This document shows, piece after piece, positions 16,330-28,602 of a stretch of 64,000 nucleotides of DNA; the stretch's first letter is position 1, and every line of letters begins with the position of its first letter. Under the pieces are notes generated by a model. The model saw only the letters and a list, made by a program, of their open reading frames with translations, was not told the origin of the DNA and searched no databases. The translations under genes and the position numbers were made by a program. Source of the DNA: Eledone cirrhosa (Eukaryota); the NCBI GenBank assembly GCA_964016885.1, contig OZ024743.1, positions 62,000,001 to 62,064,000 on the forward strand, read 5' to 3'.

Positions 16330-16530
16330 ATAGAAATAGATCCACGACAGTAAATTCACCATTTCCGAGAACAATTGTTTTATCTTAGTACGGAAAAGGA
16401 AGAACAATTTATTTCCTTTTCCGTACCATCTCATTAAAAACCGAGCTGATGATCCGTCTAAGATGAAACAATTGTCCCATGGACTGAGTGCTCTACTACT
16501 ACGGATATGACACACCAGTGTTCTACTATA
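16330..16530 (+). mobile_element. Fold-back HHR element (family shared with 56390-56520); HHR at 16441-16476 has lost its 3' stem I strand
   Basis: CCGAG-CTGATGA-..-GAAAC aatt GT; inverted left arm preserves ACAATTGTT-CTCGG; shared tail GTCCCATGGACTGAGTGCTCTAC. Confidence 0.6.
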
Positions 16531-16596
16531 TCTTATCTAAAGACATTTTTTCCAAATCCAACCCGCCCATCCCCTCAATCTATCTTATTTCTCATT

Positions 16597-16632
16597 CTTT
16601 CTGATGAAGGATTAGCGTCCGAAACGTTAACA
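16597..16632 (+). ncRNA. Minimal hammerhead ribozyme core
   Basis: TT-CTGATGA-aGGAttagcgTCC-GAAACGTT-AA; weak stem I. Confidence 0.55.
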
Positions 16633-17004
16633 CCCTCTTCCTGCTATATCAAGCGTTAACCTAATATATCCCTTCCATATACTGTACCGATTATGTTGTT
16701 ATTTCTGTTTACCTTTTACATACATATATATATATATATAAATTTTGAGTATATGTTGGTTGTATACCAAAACTTCAGTATGCAGATTGGAGCACTCGAC
16801 AAAGTGCGCAGGTTGGTTTGGTTACTCCGGAGTAATGTAAAATAAAATAAAATAAATAAGTCAAATGTTTAAAATTTGGCTTCGTTTATATGATTCCAGT
16901 TCCTCAGTGAAATAACAACCCAACCAGGAACTGGGCATATCAGAGTATTGACAAAGTTATACACCTCAACAACATGTGTACTCGTCTCTATCACACTAAT
17001 TCGA

Positions 17005-17059
17005 ACTGCCTGAAGAGGTCACAGCCAAAGATGGCTGTCACCGAAATATATATAGCAGT
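17005..17059 (+). ncRNA. Type I hammerhead ribozyme
   Basis: ACTGC-CTGAAGA-GGTcACAGCC aaagat GGCTGTcACC-GAAATATATATA-GCAGT then AATAAA; all three stems pair. Confidence 0.85.
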
Positions 17060-17105
17060 AATAAACGAAGCCAAATTTTAAACATTTGGCTTATTTATTT
17101 TATTT

Positions 17106-17161
<56 letters not shown>

Positions 17162-17425
17162 GGAAAAAATGAAACAAAATTTCATTTCCCACTCTTAGTT
17201 CGGCTGTTACTTAAATATAAGTACGTATACGTACATACATATATGTATACAGACGTACAGTAGTATGTATATATATATACATACATGCACACATATATAT
17301 ATATGTACGTATGGATTCACCAAACATTTATTATAATGCTCGGTGTGTTTGTAAACAAACATCCCGTATAAAGCCGCAGTCTCTAGCAACCACCGTTGCT
17401 CGTTTGTTCAACACTGACAAAGGAA

Positions 17426-17466
17426 CGCTGTACTAGTTTCAAGCTTATTAGCTATCGTCAGCAACG
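17426..17466 (-). ncRNA. Type I hammerhead ribozyme
   Basis: CGTTG-CTGACGA-tAGCT aata AGCTt-GAAAC ta GTA-CAGCG on minus. Confidence 0.85.
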
Positions 17467-17809
17467 TATACCTTCCTGCCAGATTGTTGAACGTCCGAAA
17501 GTATATACTTTTCTTATGCATATTAACGGCTGAGTAGCCCAATTTGCGTATCAAGTGGGTTAATCGGCAGGGTGCACCGAAAACGATGTACGTCTGTATA
17601 CATATATGTATGTACGTATACATACTTATATTTAAGTAACAGCCGTACTAAGAGTGGGAAATGAAATATCGTTTCATTTTTTCCGTTTATTGTTTTCGGT
17701 GCACCCTGCCGATTAACCCACTCGATATGCAAATTGGGCTACTCAGCCGTTAATATGCATAAGGAAAGTATATACTTTCGGACGTTCAACAATCTGGCAG
17801 GAAGGTATA

Positions 17810-17850
17810 CGTTGCTGACGATAGCTAACAAGCTTGAAACTAGTACAGCG
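17810..17850 (+). ncRNA. Type I hammerhead ribozyme
   Basis: CGTTG-CTGACGA-tAGCT aaca AGCTt-GAAAC ta GTA-CAGCG. Confidence 0.85.
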
Positions 17851-18056
17851 TTCCTTTGTCAGTGTTGAACAAACGAGTAGCGGTGGTTGCTAGACACTGC
17901 GGCTTAATACGGGATGTTTGTTTACAAACACACCGAGCATTATAATAAATGTTTGGTGAATCCATACGTACATATATATATGTGTGCATGTATGTATATA
18001 TATATACATACTACTGTACTTCTGTATACATATATGTATGTACGTATACATACTTA

Positions 18057-18152
<96 letters not shown>

Positions 18153-18199
18153 TTTATGTACATATATATATACATATATATATATATATATTTATATAC

Positions 18200-18231
<32 letters not shown>

Positions 18232-18251
18232 TTATATACATATATATATAC

Positions 18252-18303
<52 letters not shown>

Positions 18304-18304
18304 C

Positions 18305-18354
<50 letters not shown>

Positions 18355-18428
18355 GAATATACATATATATACACATATATATAAAAATTCATATATATAT
18401 ATATATATACACATATATATAAAAATTC

Positions 18429-18475
<47 letters not shown>

Positions 18476-18660
18476 CACATATATATAAAAATTCATATAT
18501 ATATATATACACATATATATATATATACATATATATACATATATAAATACATATATATATCAAAAATTAAATTAGGTTTGTCATGTCTGAGAGACATGCG
18601 CCATATTCACTGCAGAATAAGCTCAGCTCAAAGATTCCAATGAATATATCCGAGCATTTT

Positions 18661-20640
18661 ATATCAACTAGAAATAGATTGACACATATATATATATAAA
18701 ATAAACTTGTAGTAAGACCCCTTACGCCCCCCCCCCCCTGTCGGATAATGGACCAGGCCTAGTTGTCTCCCCCTGGTTGAGAATACTATTTAAGTAAGCA
18801 GCAATATTACTTTCTCAGACAAGCCACGGAGACAGCAAACAGCTCATTCTCTTTGGACCGCGGACATGAACAGACGTGAAAGGATTCGCTCCTCAAAAAA
18901 TATTAACCATGCTGGCTTCGTGAGGGACTAGGTGAAAATGCCCTCCTTCGGATCAAGGACGCCACGATATCTCGACTAATATGCATTCGCTTATTCCTTC
19001 GTTATTCCTGCACCGGAGAATATAATTACACTACTTCTATTAACCCACAAGGTATGTTTGAATTGACATTGTACATAATTTATTAAATGTTGCATTTAAT
19101 AAAGAATCGTTGATTTTTTACTGTTCACCCCCCTTCTGGAGTCATTTATTTCTACAAAGAGAAACGATGTATTGTCCATTCATGTACAATCATTCGTTTC
19201 CTTTATTGGTGACCCCTTCGTATTTGCCTGTTGAGCGAACGCCTGTTCCTGAACCACCATCATCGCCTGTCCCTACACCACCACCATCGCCACGTTACAA
19301 GACCACGACCCGTTCAGGTCGTAGGGTCTACTGGCCCAAAACATTTTGCAGCACCGTCTATATTTAGACTGTGTTAGCTGCACCTTTTTTTGCTCTGTGT
19401 TTCTGCTTTTTTGGGGGGCTTTTTTTATGCATGCCTGTTTTTTAACATTTTTCAAATCCTTATTCTGGATTTAACGATTGGTAGAGCGAATAGCTCCCCC
19501 TTGTTGCGTTGTTCGTCGTCTTACTCCACGTGTGAGTAATAACATCGATTTTCGATGATTTGAAAATCTGGCAGGGGATACTGTAGTAAGACGCCTTACG
19601 CCCCCCTGTCGGATAATGGACCAGGCCTAGTTGTCTCCCCCTGGTTGAGAACACTATTTAAGTAAGCAGCAGTATTACTTTCTCAGACAAGCCACGGAGA
19701 CAGCAAACAGCTCACTCTCTTTGGACTGCGGACATGAACAGACGTGAAAGGATTCGCTCCTCCAGAAAAATATTAACCATGCTGGCTTCGTGAGGGACTA
19801 GGTGAAAATGCTCTCCTTCGGATCAAGGACGCCACGATATCTCGACTAATATACATTCGCTTATTCCTTCGTTATTCCTGCACCGGAGAATATAATTACA
19901 CTACTTCTATTAACCCACAAGGTATGTTTGAATTGACATTGTACATAATTTATTAAATGTTGCATTTAATAAAGAATCGTTGATTTTTTACTGTTCACCC
20001 CCCTTCTGGAGTCATTTATTTCTACAAAGAGAAACGATGTATTGTCCATTCATCTACAATCATTCGTTTCCTTTAAACACATGAAACAATCTCAGGGAAT
20101 AATTTGTAAAGTGTGTAAGCACACATAGCTAAGTAGGTAACTAATTAAAGTTTAACTAGAACTTCAAATATAGATACCTTTTTAAAATGATTAATCTCCT
20201 ATTTCTTTAAATAAAAAATATATTTCACCAATTAACCAGTAAATCACAGCGGTTAAATCCCGGATGGTTACCTATTCACGCCACTGGGACGACGCGGTGC
20301 GATGTCTGTATGTTTTATGAAATGCAACACGTGGTTCGAGTCATTCACAGATTTGCATTTGCTGTGTAAACGCAGACGGTTGGATCTTCTCCTTTGGTGG
20401 CAATCCGGCATTTGACCGGTGTGATTTACTGGTAAATTGGTGAAATATATTGTTTATTTAAAGAAATATATACAAAGGACATTAATCATTTTAAAAGGTA
20501 TCTATATTTGAAGTTCTAGTTAAACTTTAATTAGTTACCTACCTAGTTATGTGTGCTTACACACTTTACAAATTAATCCACGAGATTGTTTCATGTGTTT
20601 CTTTTATATATATATGTGTGAATCTATTTCTAGTTGATAT
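18661..20640. mobile_element. Palindromic MITE (~610 bp once the LTR insertion is removed)
   Basis: ATATCAACTAGAAATAGATT at 18661 pairs with AATCTATTTCTAGTTGATAT at ~20621-20640; arms continue 20076-20275 versus 20395-20600. Confidence 0.8.
18708..20075 (+). mobile_element. Non-autonomous Gypsy-type LTR retroelement (LTRs 18708-19205 and 19582-20075, 376 bp internal)
   Basis: Near-identical ~495 bp direct repeats starting TGTAG; PBS TGGTGACCCC at 19207-19216; purine tract GGCAGGGGA before the 3' LTR; pol C-terminal remnant TTRSGRRVYWP; flanks AACT/AACA. Confidence 0.85.
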
Positions 20641-20736
20641 ATATATATATATATATACACATATATATATACACATATATGTATACATATATATATATAT
20701 ATATATAAATACATATATATATATATATATATATAA

Positions 20737-20800
<64 letters not shown>

Positions 20801-21459
20801 ACATATATATATACATGTATACATATATATATATAATGTTTATGCATGTGTGTATGTATATTGATATATACATACATGTATTATACATACTTAAACGTTT
20901 AATCGGAAACAAACCAAACGTTTCAAACGGAATTGAAAGATCCCATTAATCTATTATTAGGGATGGTCTTTCCCCACCCACCCCACACTACACTTCCATC
21001 CATCCATACATACATACATACATACATACATACATACATACACAGAAACATATATATGTATATATATATTTATAAACACACACACAGCGCGACGAAACCC
21101 TTTAAGGAACAGCTATATAGTGACCCAGATATTTTCATGGCTATTGTCGTTGTGTTCTCTCTGCCGAACCCCAACTTGAAATAACCATACACCATAACAT
21201 CTAGCTAGATTAATTTTGTTATTGTTATTTTAATACTGTTATGGTTGTAGTTGTTGTCACCTTTGTTATTATTAATATTGTTATTATTTTGTTAAGTACC
21301 AGTAATGTACTGGAAAGTTGCTGGCCTTGTGCCAGAAGTAGAAACAATTATTGTTGTGTTTGTTGTTATTTTTATTGTTGTACAAATTAAGATAGATGGG
21401 AGTGATTCTGCTATTATGCTTATATTTGAATAGAATACGTGTGTGTGTGTATATGTGTT

Positions 21460-21490
<31 letters not shown>

Positions 21491-21591
21491 GTATGTATAT
21501 ATATAAGTACTTTTGTATATGTATATATATATATATATAAATATATGTATGTGTGTATATGTATTTATGCATATATATATATATATGTGTG

Positions 21592-21634
<43 letters not shown>

Positions 21635-21775
21635 ATGTATATGTGTGCGTGTGTGTATGTATATATATATATATGTGCGTGTGTATGTATGTATATATAT
21701 ATGTGGGTGATTTGGGGTGTGTGCATGAGTGTATATATGTATCTGTGTGTGCGTATATATGTATATATGTATCGC

Positions 21776-21832
<57 letters not shown>

Positions 21833-21857
21833 GTATATATATATGTATATATATATG

Positions 21858-21892
<35 letters not shown>

Positions 21893-21893
21893 G

Positions 21894-22023
<130 letters not shown>

Positions 22024-22284
22024 GATCGGTATAGATAATATTTACTTATCATTATCCTTATTATTATTATTTCCTCTATTAGATTTAAAAGGTTCCATCT
22101 TGTATGCAGCCATCTCTAGTTGCTTACTTAATAAGATGACATGAAATGGGTAAAACCTTAGCGAAAATTATTATCAGCAGCAACAACATCAACAACACTG
22201 ACATCAATAATAACATTGTGAATTAGAATCTAATAATTGAAATATATAAATATCTGTGTGTGTGTGGGGGGGGGGGGGGTGCAG

Positions 22285-22445
22285 GCATGGCCGTGTGATT
22301 ATGGAGTACGTTTCGCAACCATGATGTTCTGCGTTCAATCCTGCTTACGGAACCTTGGTCATAGTGATTTCTATTTTGACGTCGGGTTGTCCAATGACTT
22401 TAGGGTAAAATTTGGTGGGGTGGATATTGTAATGAAGCCTGATAT
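22285..22445 (+). mobile_element. tRNA-derived SINE family C (related copies ~3190-3350 +, 23200-23360 -, 33200-33330 -, 54510-54660 -)
   Basis: Degenerate A/B boxes (GTTCAATCC) and related body sequence. Confidence 0.55.
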
Positions 22446-22513
22446 ACGTCTATCTATCTATTTATCTATCTATCTATTCTATACATATATGTATATATAT
22501 ATATATATATATA

Positions 22514-22677
22514 TCACTGAGGAGGTCACAGAAGGTCTGACGAAAGAACTTGAGACAATATATAAACAACCATCCGTTCATTGAACCAACCAACTGGAAA
22601 TTTATAATAAATTGAAGTGATACCCTCAGGTGCGTGTGTTTTTATTGGCAGCATCACCCTTCCAAAGTATAACAATA
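22514..22677 (+). mobile_element. Solo pLTR fragment of the 39810-41388 Penelope family, starting at its hammerhead
   Basis: TCA-CTGAGGA-gGTCAcagaaggtcTGAC-GAAAGAACTT...CCAAAGTATAACAAT aligns to 41193-41386; (TA)n on both sides. Confidence 0.8.
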
Positions 22678-22708
<31 letters not shown>

Positions 22709-22837
22709 ATGACATTCTCAGTACATACTGACAATTTAGTGGTATACTTATCGAGGAAAATAGAGAAAATTTCGATTTGTTCTTCGGCAACTAGGCTACC
22801 CATATGTTTATTGCATAAAACGGTATTATATACACCT

Positions 22838-22911
<74 letters not shown>

Positions 22912-23042
22912 AGTGAGGTTTTTTTTACAAAGTGAAAAATAACCGAGGTGCCCCACACGAATGAAAGTATAAAGAAAAAAAGATGAAATCGAAAATGCAA
23001 CTGGAGTCTTATTTTTTTAAAAATATATATATTTATTTGGTT

Positions 23043-23080
23043 CCTTTACCGGTTTCGCAGTTCTTCTGCTTTTCAAAAGT
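23043..23080 (-). ncRNA. Type I hammerhead ribozyme, U3-A8 core variant, in element 22908-23116
   Basis: CTT-TTGAAAA-GCAG aagaa CTGC-GAAAC cg GTA-AAG on minus; element is a close copy of 4797-5008. Confidence 0.7.
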
Positions 23081-23118
23081 AGAATTGAGATGGAGGGTCT
23101 GTGGTTTTCTCACATCTA

Positions 23119-23160
<42 letters not shown>

Positions 23161-23636
23161 TGGGTGTCCATATATAGATATACATATATATTTTAGTTTC
23201 GTAACTGTCTCCGTCTACCCAATTCCACTCACAGATAAATCCCACTTTCCCATGAGTCTATCGTAAATTACACTTGACCAAAAGCCCACGTTGTGGGATC
23301 GAACTCGGAATCTGGTGATTGCGAAGCAAATCCATTAACCATTCGTCCATACTGCATCCACATATGTGAATAATGTTTGCCAAAAAAAAATTCCTTTTAA
23401 AACTATAGATAAATGCTTTTTTTTTATTATTTATTTTTCTGAATTATCTATACAAGCCTCAGGTTTTACAAGCGTACATAATTAGTGATGATGCGTGGCT
23501 TAATAGTTAAAGTGTTTGACGCACGTATGTATATCAACAATTTGGTTGGTGGGAAATACACCAACAGAGCGTTCAACATATTAAATGCACGCACGTTAGG
23601 GTCTTACATATGTAATAGAGATAGAAAATATGCATA

Positions 23637-24075
23637 CGATGTACACTCACAAGGTTTTGAGACTTTTATCAGAAAGGCATTTAACTCAGATCAACACAAA
23701 CTCTAGTCTACCACAAATTAGGATCCTCCAAGTTCAATGCATTTATTGTAGCGTTAAAGCCACTTCTAAAGACCCCTTTCTCGTCCTCCAAAATGAAGGT
23801 GTCCAGGGTGCCTGTCACAGCCTCCTTCATCTCTTCCACATCCTCAAAGTGGATACCCCTGAGCTTCTCTTTCAGCTTCGGGAACATCCAGAAGTCATAT
23901 GGGGCTAAGTCTGAACTATAGGGAAGTTGAAGGGCTGTCTTGATCCCCATATCGGTCAAGTAGCTGGTCACCAGGATGGATTTGTGGCAGGGGGCATTGA
24001 CTTGGTGCAGGTGCCACTGACCATATTTGAAGAGTGCTAGTCGCTTGGGACGAAATCTCTTTCTGAATTACCTTA
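23637..24075 (-). mobile_element. Mariner transposase 3' remnant with TIR-like end
   Basis: LPYSSDLAPYDFWMFPKLKEKLRGIHFEDVEEMKEAVT (YSPDLAPxD motif). Confidence 0.9.
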
Positions 24076-24411
24076 ATAGACATACGGTAGGAGCTTCCTC
24101 AAAATGTAATACACGAGCTGGTTACACTTAGAATGCTTTTCATCATAAGTTTGTCGAATCGGAGCTGATCTTTGGGGGAAATAGCAACAACAACAACAAC
24201 AAAAACAACAACATCAACAACAATAACGAGAGCAACGACAATAAAAACGCCGAAAACAGTGACATAAGGGCAAAGACAACAACTACAAGAACAACAGCTA
24301 AAACAACGATGACAACAACAACAACTATGTAAGTTTAATCAAGATTTGATGTGTTCGTGTTTTCAATTATACAAATCATATTTTAACTAAACACTCTAAC
24401 TTGGTGTTTAT

Positions 24412-24867
24412 AGTTAAAATACATTGGTTTCACTCAAATACAAACACGGACATACATATGGAGGCATACGTAAATATACACATACACACATACACACTCT
24501 CACACACAGACACACACATCCATACACACAGATACATATACACACATACATACAAATACATACACGTGTATACACGCATAGGCACACACACAAATACACA
24601 TACATTTACATACACGGACATACATGCATACACAGACTTATATACACGCACAGTCAAACACACACATACATACATACATACATACACAAATAAACTGACA
24701 GATACACACACACACACACATGTACACACAAATACACTCACAGGCACACACAAAGCTACACAGATACAAACGATACCTTCACGGAGACACACACTCACAC
24801 ACTCATTCCTCTAAAGAAACTCCACCAACACATACACAAATTGATACACACATGTGTACATACATAG

Positions 24868-24928
<61 letters not shown>

Positions 24929-25150
24929 TACAAACATACACATTGACGGGGTTAAAATACATTGGTTTCACTCAAATATAAACACGGACATACATATGGA
25001 GGCATACGTAAATATACACATACACACATACACACTCTCACACACAGACACACACATGCATACACACAGATACATATACACACATACATACAAATACACA
25101 CAGATACATACACGTGTACACACGCATAGGCACACCGACATGCACATACA
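24412..25150. repeat. Direct duplication (24412-~24600 and 24950-~25135) within CA-rich sequence
   Basis: GTTAAAATACATTGGTTTCACTCAAATA.AAACACGGACATACATATGGAGGCATACG occurs twice. Confidence 0.85.
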
Positions 25151-25728
25151 CACTCATCCCTCTAGAGAAACTCCGTCGCTGCCCCCGCTCCGCTACAGAC
25201 AAATTCAATATGTCTATGAGAGGTTCCATCTGATATTTATCAAAACGTCTCATTGTAGTGTTAGTTTTTGTTATTGTAGATCTAGGTCAACCTAATTAAT
25301 TTATATCCTATCTATATAGGTCATTAATTATGCAATCATTGTGTAATCGGCCTTTCTCATCGACACTTCATTTCTACTAGTCTTAGGACTATTATGTATC
25401 ACCAACAAATACGCGTGTAATTAATTTCAACCAATCTTTGTCAACAATTAAGTAGTTTCAGTTGGGAAACAAATATATTTGCCATCAGCCATAATAGAAC
25501 GATATATGTATTTATGTATATATATGTGTATATATATACATAAATAAACTAACAAAGTCAATCTGTAAACGCAAAAGTGGATATTTCAAAAAACGTTGCA
25601 ACCGGAGGAAGACAGGAAGACGATACTTTGGTTCGTGGAAACGTTCGCTATGCAAATAAGTAATGGTATAAACAAAACATATACTTAGCTCCCACATCAA
25701 GACGTAAAATATCCACGTATAGATCGTA

Positions 25729-26003
25729 CTATCCGTTAGGGTATAACGTGGGGCTGTAATACAGGAAAGTTTTGTGCAATTTATGTTTACAAGCCGAAAT
25801 TGCCTCAGATTTTTTGTTTAAGATGTGGTCTGTGGCGTAGAGTATTTCCAGGGCCTCAGCGGCGCAGAGGTCGCATGGTCTTTTATTTCCGTTATACGAT
25901 CTAGCCCGAGCTAGGATCTCCCAGTGTAACTTATATTGGGTGTGGTTGTCTTTCAGACTCCAGATATAAGCTGAAAGTGACGTCATATTCCTTCTTGGAT
26001 TTT
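25729..26003 (-). pseudogene. Penelope-like element GIY-YIG endonuclease C-terminal half, inverted upstream of the RT
   Basis: TSLSAYIWSLKD..YKLHWEILARARSY....CDLCAAEALEIL....ILNKKSEAISACKHK. Confidence 0.8.
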
Positions 26004-26071
26004 AGTCTTCAAATTTATTATTATTACTATTTGGCTCCCTCGGTTGAGCACTCTACTGACTAATATTCATC

Positions 26072-27670
26072 ATGCAGAAACAACATCTGAATATTTCCAC
26101 AAAGAACATACCCGTACCAAGCAGGAAAACATACCTAAAACTCCTGATTCAGAAAACAGACGCGTTCATTAAAAGGTTGCATTGGCGTGCCTTTTATTTC
26201 GATAATCCGCAAAAAGCAGACAACAAACAGGATAAATTTGGATTTAAAACCTATAATAACCCCCCGTGTAACCCAGCATTGCTACCCTTCGAAAATGATG
26301 TCTTGGAACTCATTCGGAGTATCAAATTTCGGAATAGGAGCAATTCCTTCCAGCAAGACCTGAAGAATAGAATTCGTTCTATTAAGGATTCTAATGCCGT
26401 GCACGTCCATTCCGACAAAACTGGCAACCTATATCAAGTGGAGCGCAGTACTTACCATCAACTACTACATAATGCTGTAACTAAGGATTACCGTAAAACT
26501 AATCGGTGCGTCATCAATGAAATCAACGATGCTGGGTTTAAAATCACATCTGATCTCAACATTCTGGACCGGACCGAACCTCTGGACCCTATTTCTCCCC
26601 ACTTTACCCTGAAGGATCACAAATCCAATTTTCCGAACAACCCCTCTATTCGGCTTATTAACCCTACGAAGTCCGATTTAGGTAGACTTAGTAAAACGAT
26701 TCTTGATAGAATTATACCTGAAATTAGAAGTTTGGCCCCTCTTGCACTGTGGAACAATTCTTTCGCGGTGATTGATTGGTTCAACGGCATATGTAACAAG
26801 GAACATTGCCGTTTTATCCAATTCGACATCAACAATTACTACTCCTCCATCACTTTACCACTTCTCCTTAGAGCTATCAATTTCGCTAAAACACTCACAG
26901 TGGTTAAGGATTTCGATGTTGATGTCATCATCAATGCCGAAAGTCGGTGATTAATTTCGACGACTCTATTTGAATTAAAAAACCCAATAGTACCCCATTC
27001 GACGTGAGTATGGGCGCTAGTGATTCTGCGGAGGTTACTGATCTTATCGGCCTTTTCCTTCTTTTCTCTATCAAGGACAAATTCCCCAACGCGGGCGGTG
27101 GTTTGTACCGTGACGATGGTCTTTTGTCCATAAATAAGTGCGGACCTCGTGCTTGCGACAGGTTCAGAAAAGAACTCACAGCCTTCTTTAAAGGCTTCAA
27201 CCTCTCTATACAGGTTGAGGCCAATCTCTCGGTTGTTAATTACCTCGACGTTACCCTCAATTTATTGAATGGGTTGTATTACCCGTATAGAAAGCCGAAT
27301 GATACGCTTAATTACATAAGTAAGCATTCCAACCATCCTGCCAGCATAACCAAGAACCTGGTAAGAAACGTTTCGTTGAGGCTTTCCCGTCTTTCCACTA
27401 ACGAGAGTATTTTCAACGACCATTCCACTTATTACAATGAAGCTCTTGCTCGAAGTGGATTTGTCGTTAAGGTAGCGTATACAGAGTACGAAAATAGACC
27501 TAGAAGAAATAGATCCCGTCGCATTTGTTGGTATAACCCACCATATAATATGGAGGTGGCCACACCATTAGCTAAGTTCTTTCTTTCCCTTATTACGAAG
27601 CATTTTCCCCCTACACATAAATATAGTAAAATTTTTAATAGAAATACTATTAAAATTTCTTACTCTACAA
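26072..27670 (+). pseudogene. Penelope-like retroelement reverse transcriptase (frameshift ~26938, TGA for Trp at ~26971, truncated after ISYS)
   Basis: STKNIP, SDKTGNLY, TLKDHK.NF.NNP..RLINP.KS, FIQFDI..YYSSI, FDVSMG, GLYRDDGL, NYLDVTLNL, SNHP, WYNPPY, IFNRNTIKISYS. Confidence 0.92.
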
Positions 27671-27939
27671 AAATAATTTGTCGAGCCAAAATTAGCCAAA
27701 ACTGCTACTATAGTTCATAGTGACGGTTCGGCTGCTGTCTTCTTAACAAAACACTTCTCACTGATTAACCTCGATGTTACGTGATTAATTCTTTTGAATT
27801 TGCCACCGACGCAGTAGGCAGTGATTTTTTTCAATGACTTGGAACCTAGTCCACGCTTTGCTTTTTTCCATCCACTGAATTATTTTTGTATAAATTACCT
27901 GTGTCCACGCATTGCCTGGAAACTTAGCTGAGAATAGAC

Positions 27940-28018
27940 TTCCCTGATGACGAAAGGCTTCTCCGTACGTTTCTTCGGAAACTATGTTTATTCCCTTTCA
28001 GAAACTAATTAGTTGGAG
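27940..28018 (+). ncRNA. Type I hammerhead ribozyme with extended stem II, downstream of the Penelope RT
   Basis: TTCC-CTGATGA-cGAAAGG...CCTTTCa-GAAAC taatta GTT-GGAG; palindromic stem III ACTAATTAGT. Confidence 0.75.
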
Positions 28019-28063
28019 TGAAATTTTAGTAAGTTAATTTTTATAATTTTCTTATTTTACGTC

Positions 28064-28101
<38 letters not shown>

Positions 28102-28149
28102 ATGAAATGACAGGAGGCTGGATTTGTGTAAATCCTTGAAAGGTTTATT

Positions 28150-28207
28150 ATACTATGATAATTTCAATGACCGGGTTCCGTATGAATCCGGTGATATCAT
28201 CAGGTAT
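28150..28207 (-). ncRNA. Type I hammerhead ribozyme (mirror of 28297)
   Basis: Reverse complement of 28297-28354. Confidence 0.75.
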
Positions 28208-28296
28208 TCGAAATATAATACGTGAATGTAATAGGTAAAATCCATGGGGCTGAGCCCCATGGATTTTACCTATTACATTCACGTATTATATTTCGA

Positions 28297-28354
28297 ATAC
28301 CTGATGATATCACCGGATTCATACGGAACCCGGTCATTGAAATTATCATAGTAT
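28297..28354 (+). ncRNA. Type I hammerhead ribozyme
   Basis: ATAC-CTGATGA-tATcACCGG..CCGGTcATt-GAAAT tatc ATA-GTAT then AATAAA. Confidence 0.75.
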
Positions 28355-28545
28355 AATAAACCTTTCAAGGATTTACACAAATCCAGCCTCCTGTCATTTC
28401 ATTATAATATTTAACTCCGTAATAGCACCACCAACTACAAAAACAAAGACGGTTGAACTGCTTTACGTTGAGTACTCTCTATATTATTGCATTACGATTG
28501 ACCATACGGAATAGACCAGCTCTATACAGTGGTGAACCTCAAACC

Positions 28546-28598
<53 letters not shown>

Positions 28599-28602
28599 AA
28601 TG

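Larger units (their letters stand above)
17157..18059. mobile_element. Retrozyme-like element, 428 bp unit, one copy plus ~1.1 inverted circularly permuted copies, in (TA)n
   Basis: 17157-17586 reverse-complements to 17587-18059 in permuted order; TGTAC.TCTGTATACATATATG recurs at 17587 and 18015. Confidence 0.85.
28098..28406. repeat. Perfect palindrome, 154 bp arms, 1 nt spacer at 28252; right arm continues as a tail to ~28550
   Basis: Centre GGGGCT-G-AGCCCC; arms reverse-complement; (TA)n on both sides. Confidence 0.95.

Noticed and set aside
25450-25500. Possible hammerhead in the inverted 3' UTR of the Penelope element (CTGATGG...GAAACTACTT on minus)
   Set aside because: Core and stems do not pair convincingly
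26072-27720. Programmed frameshift or selenocysteine readthrough joining the two RT ORFs
   Set aside because: A 1 bp loss and a TGA at a normally Trp position are simpler as decay; the ORF is also truncated
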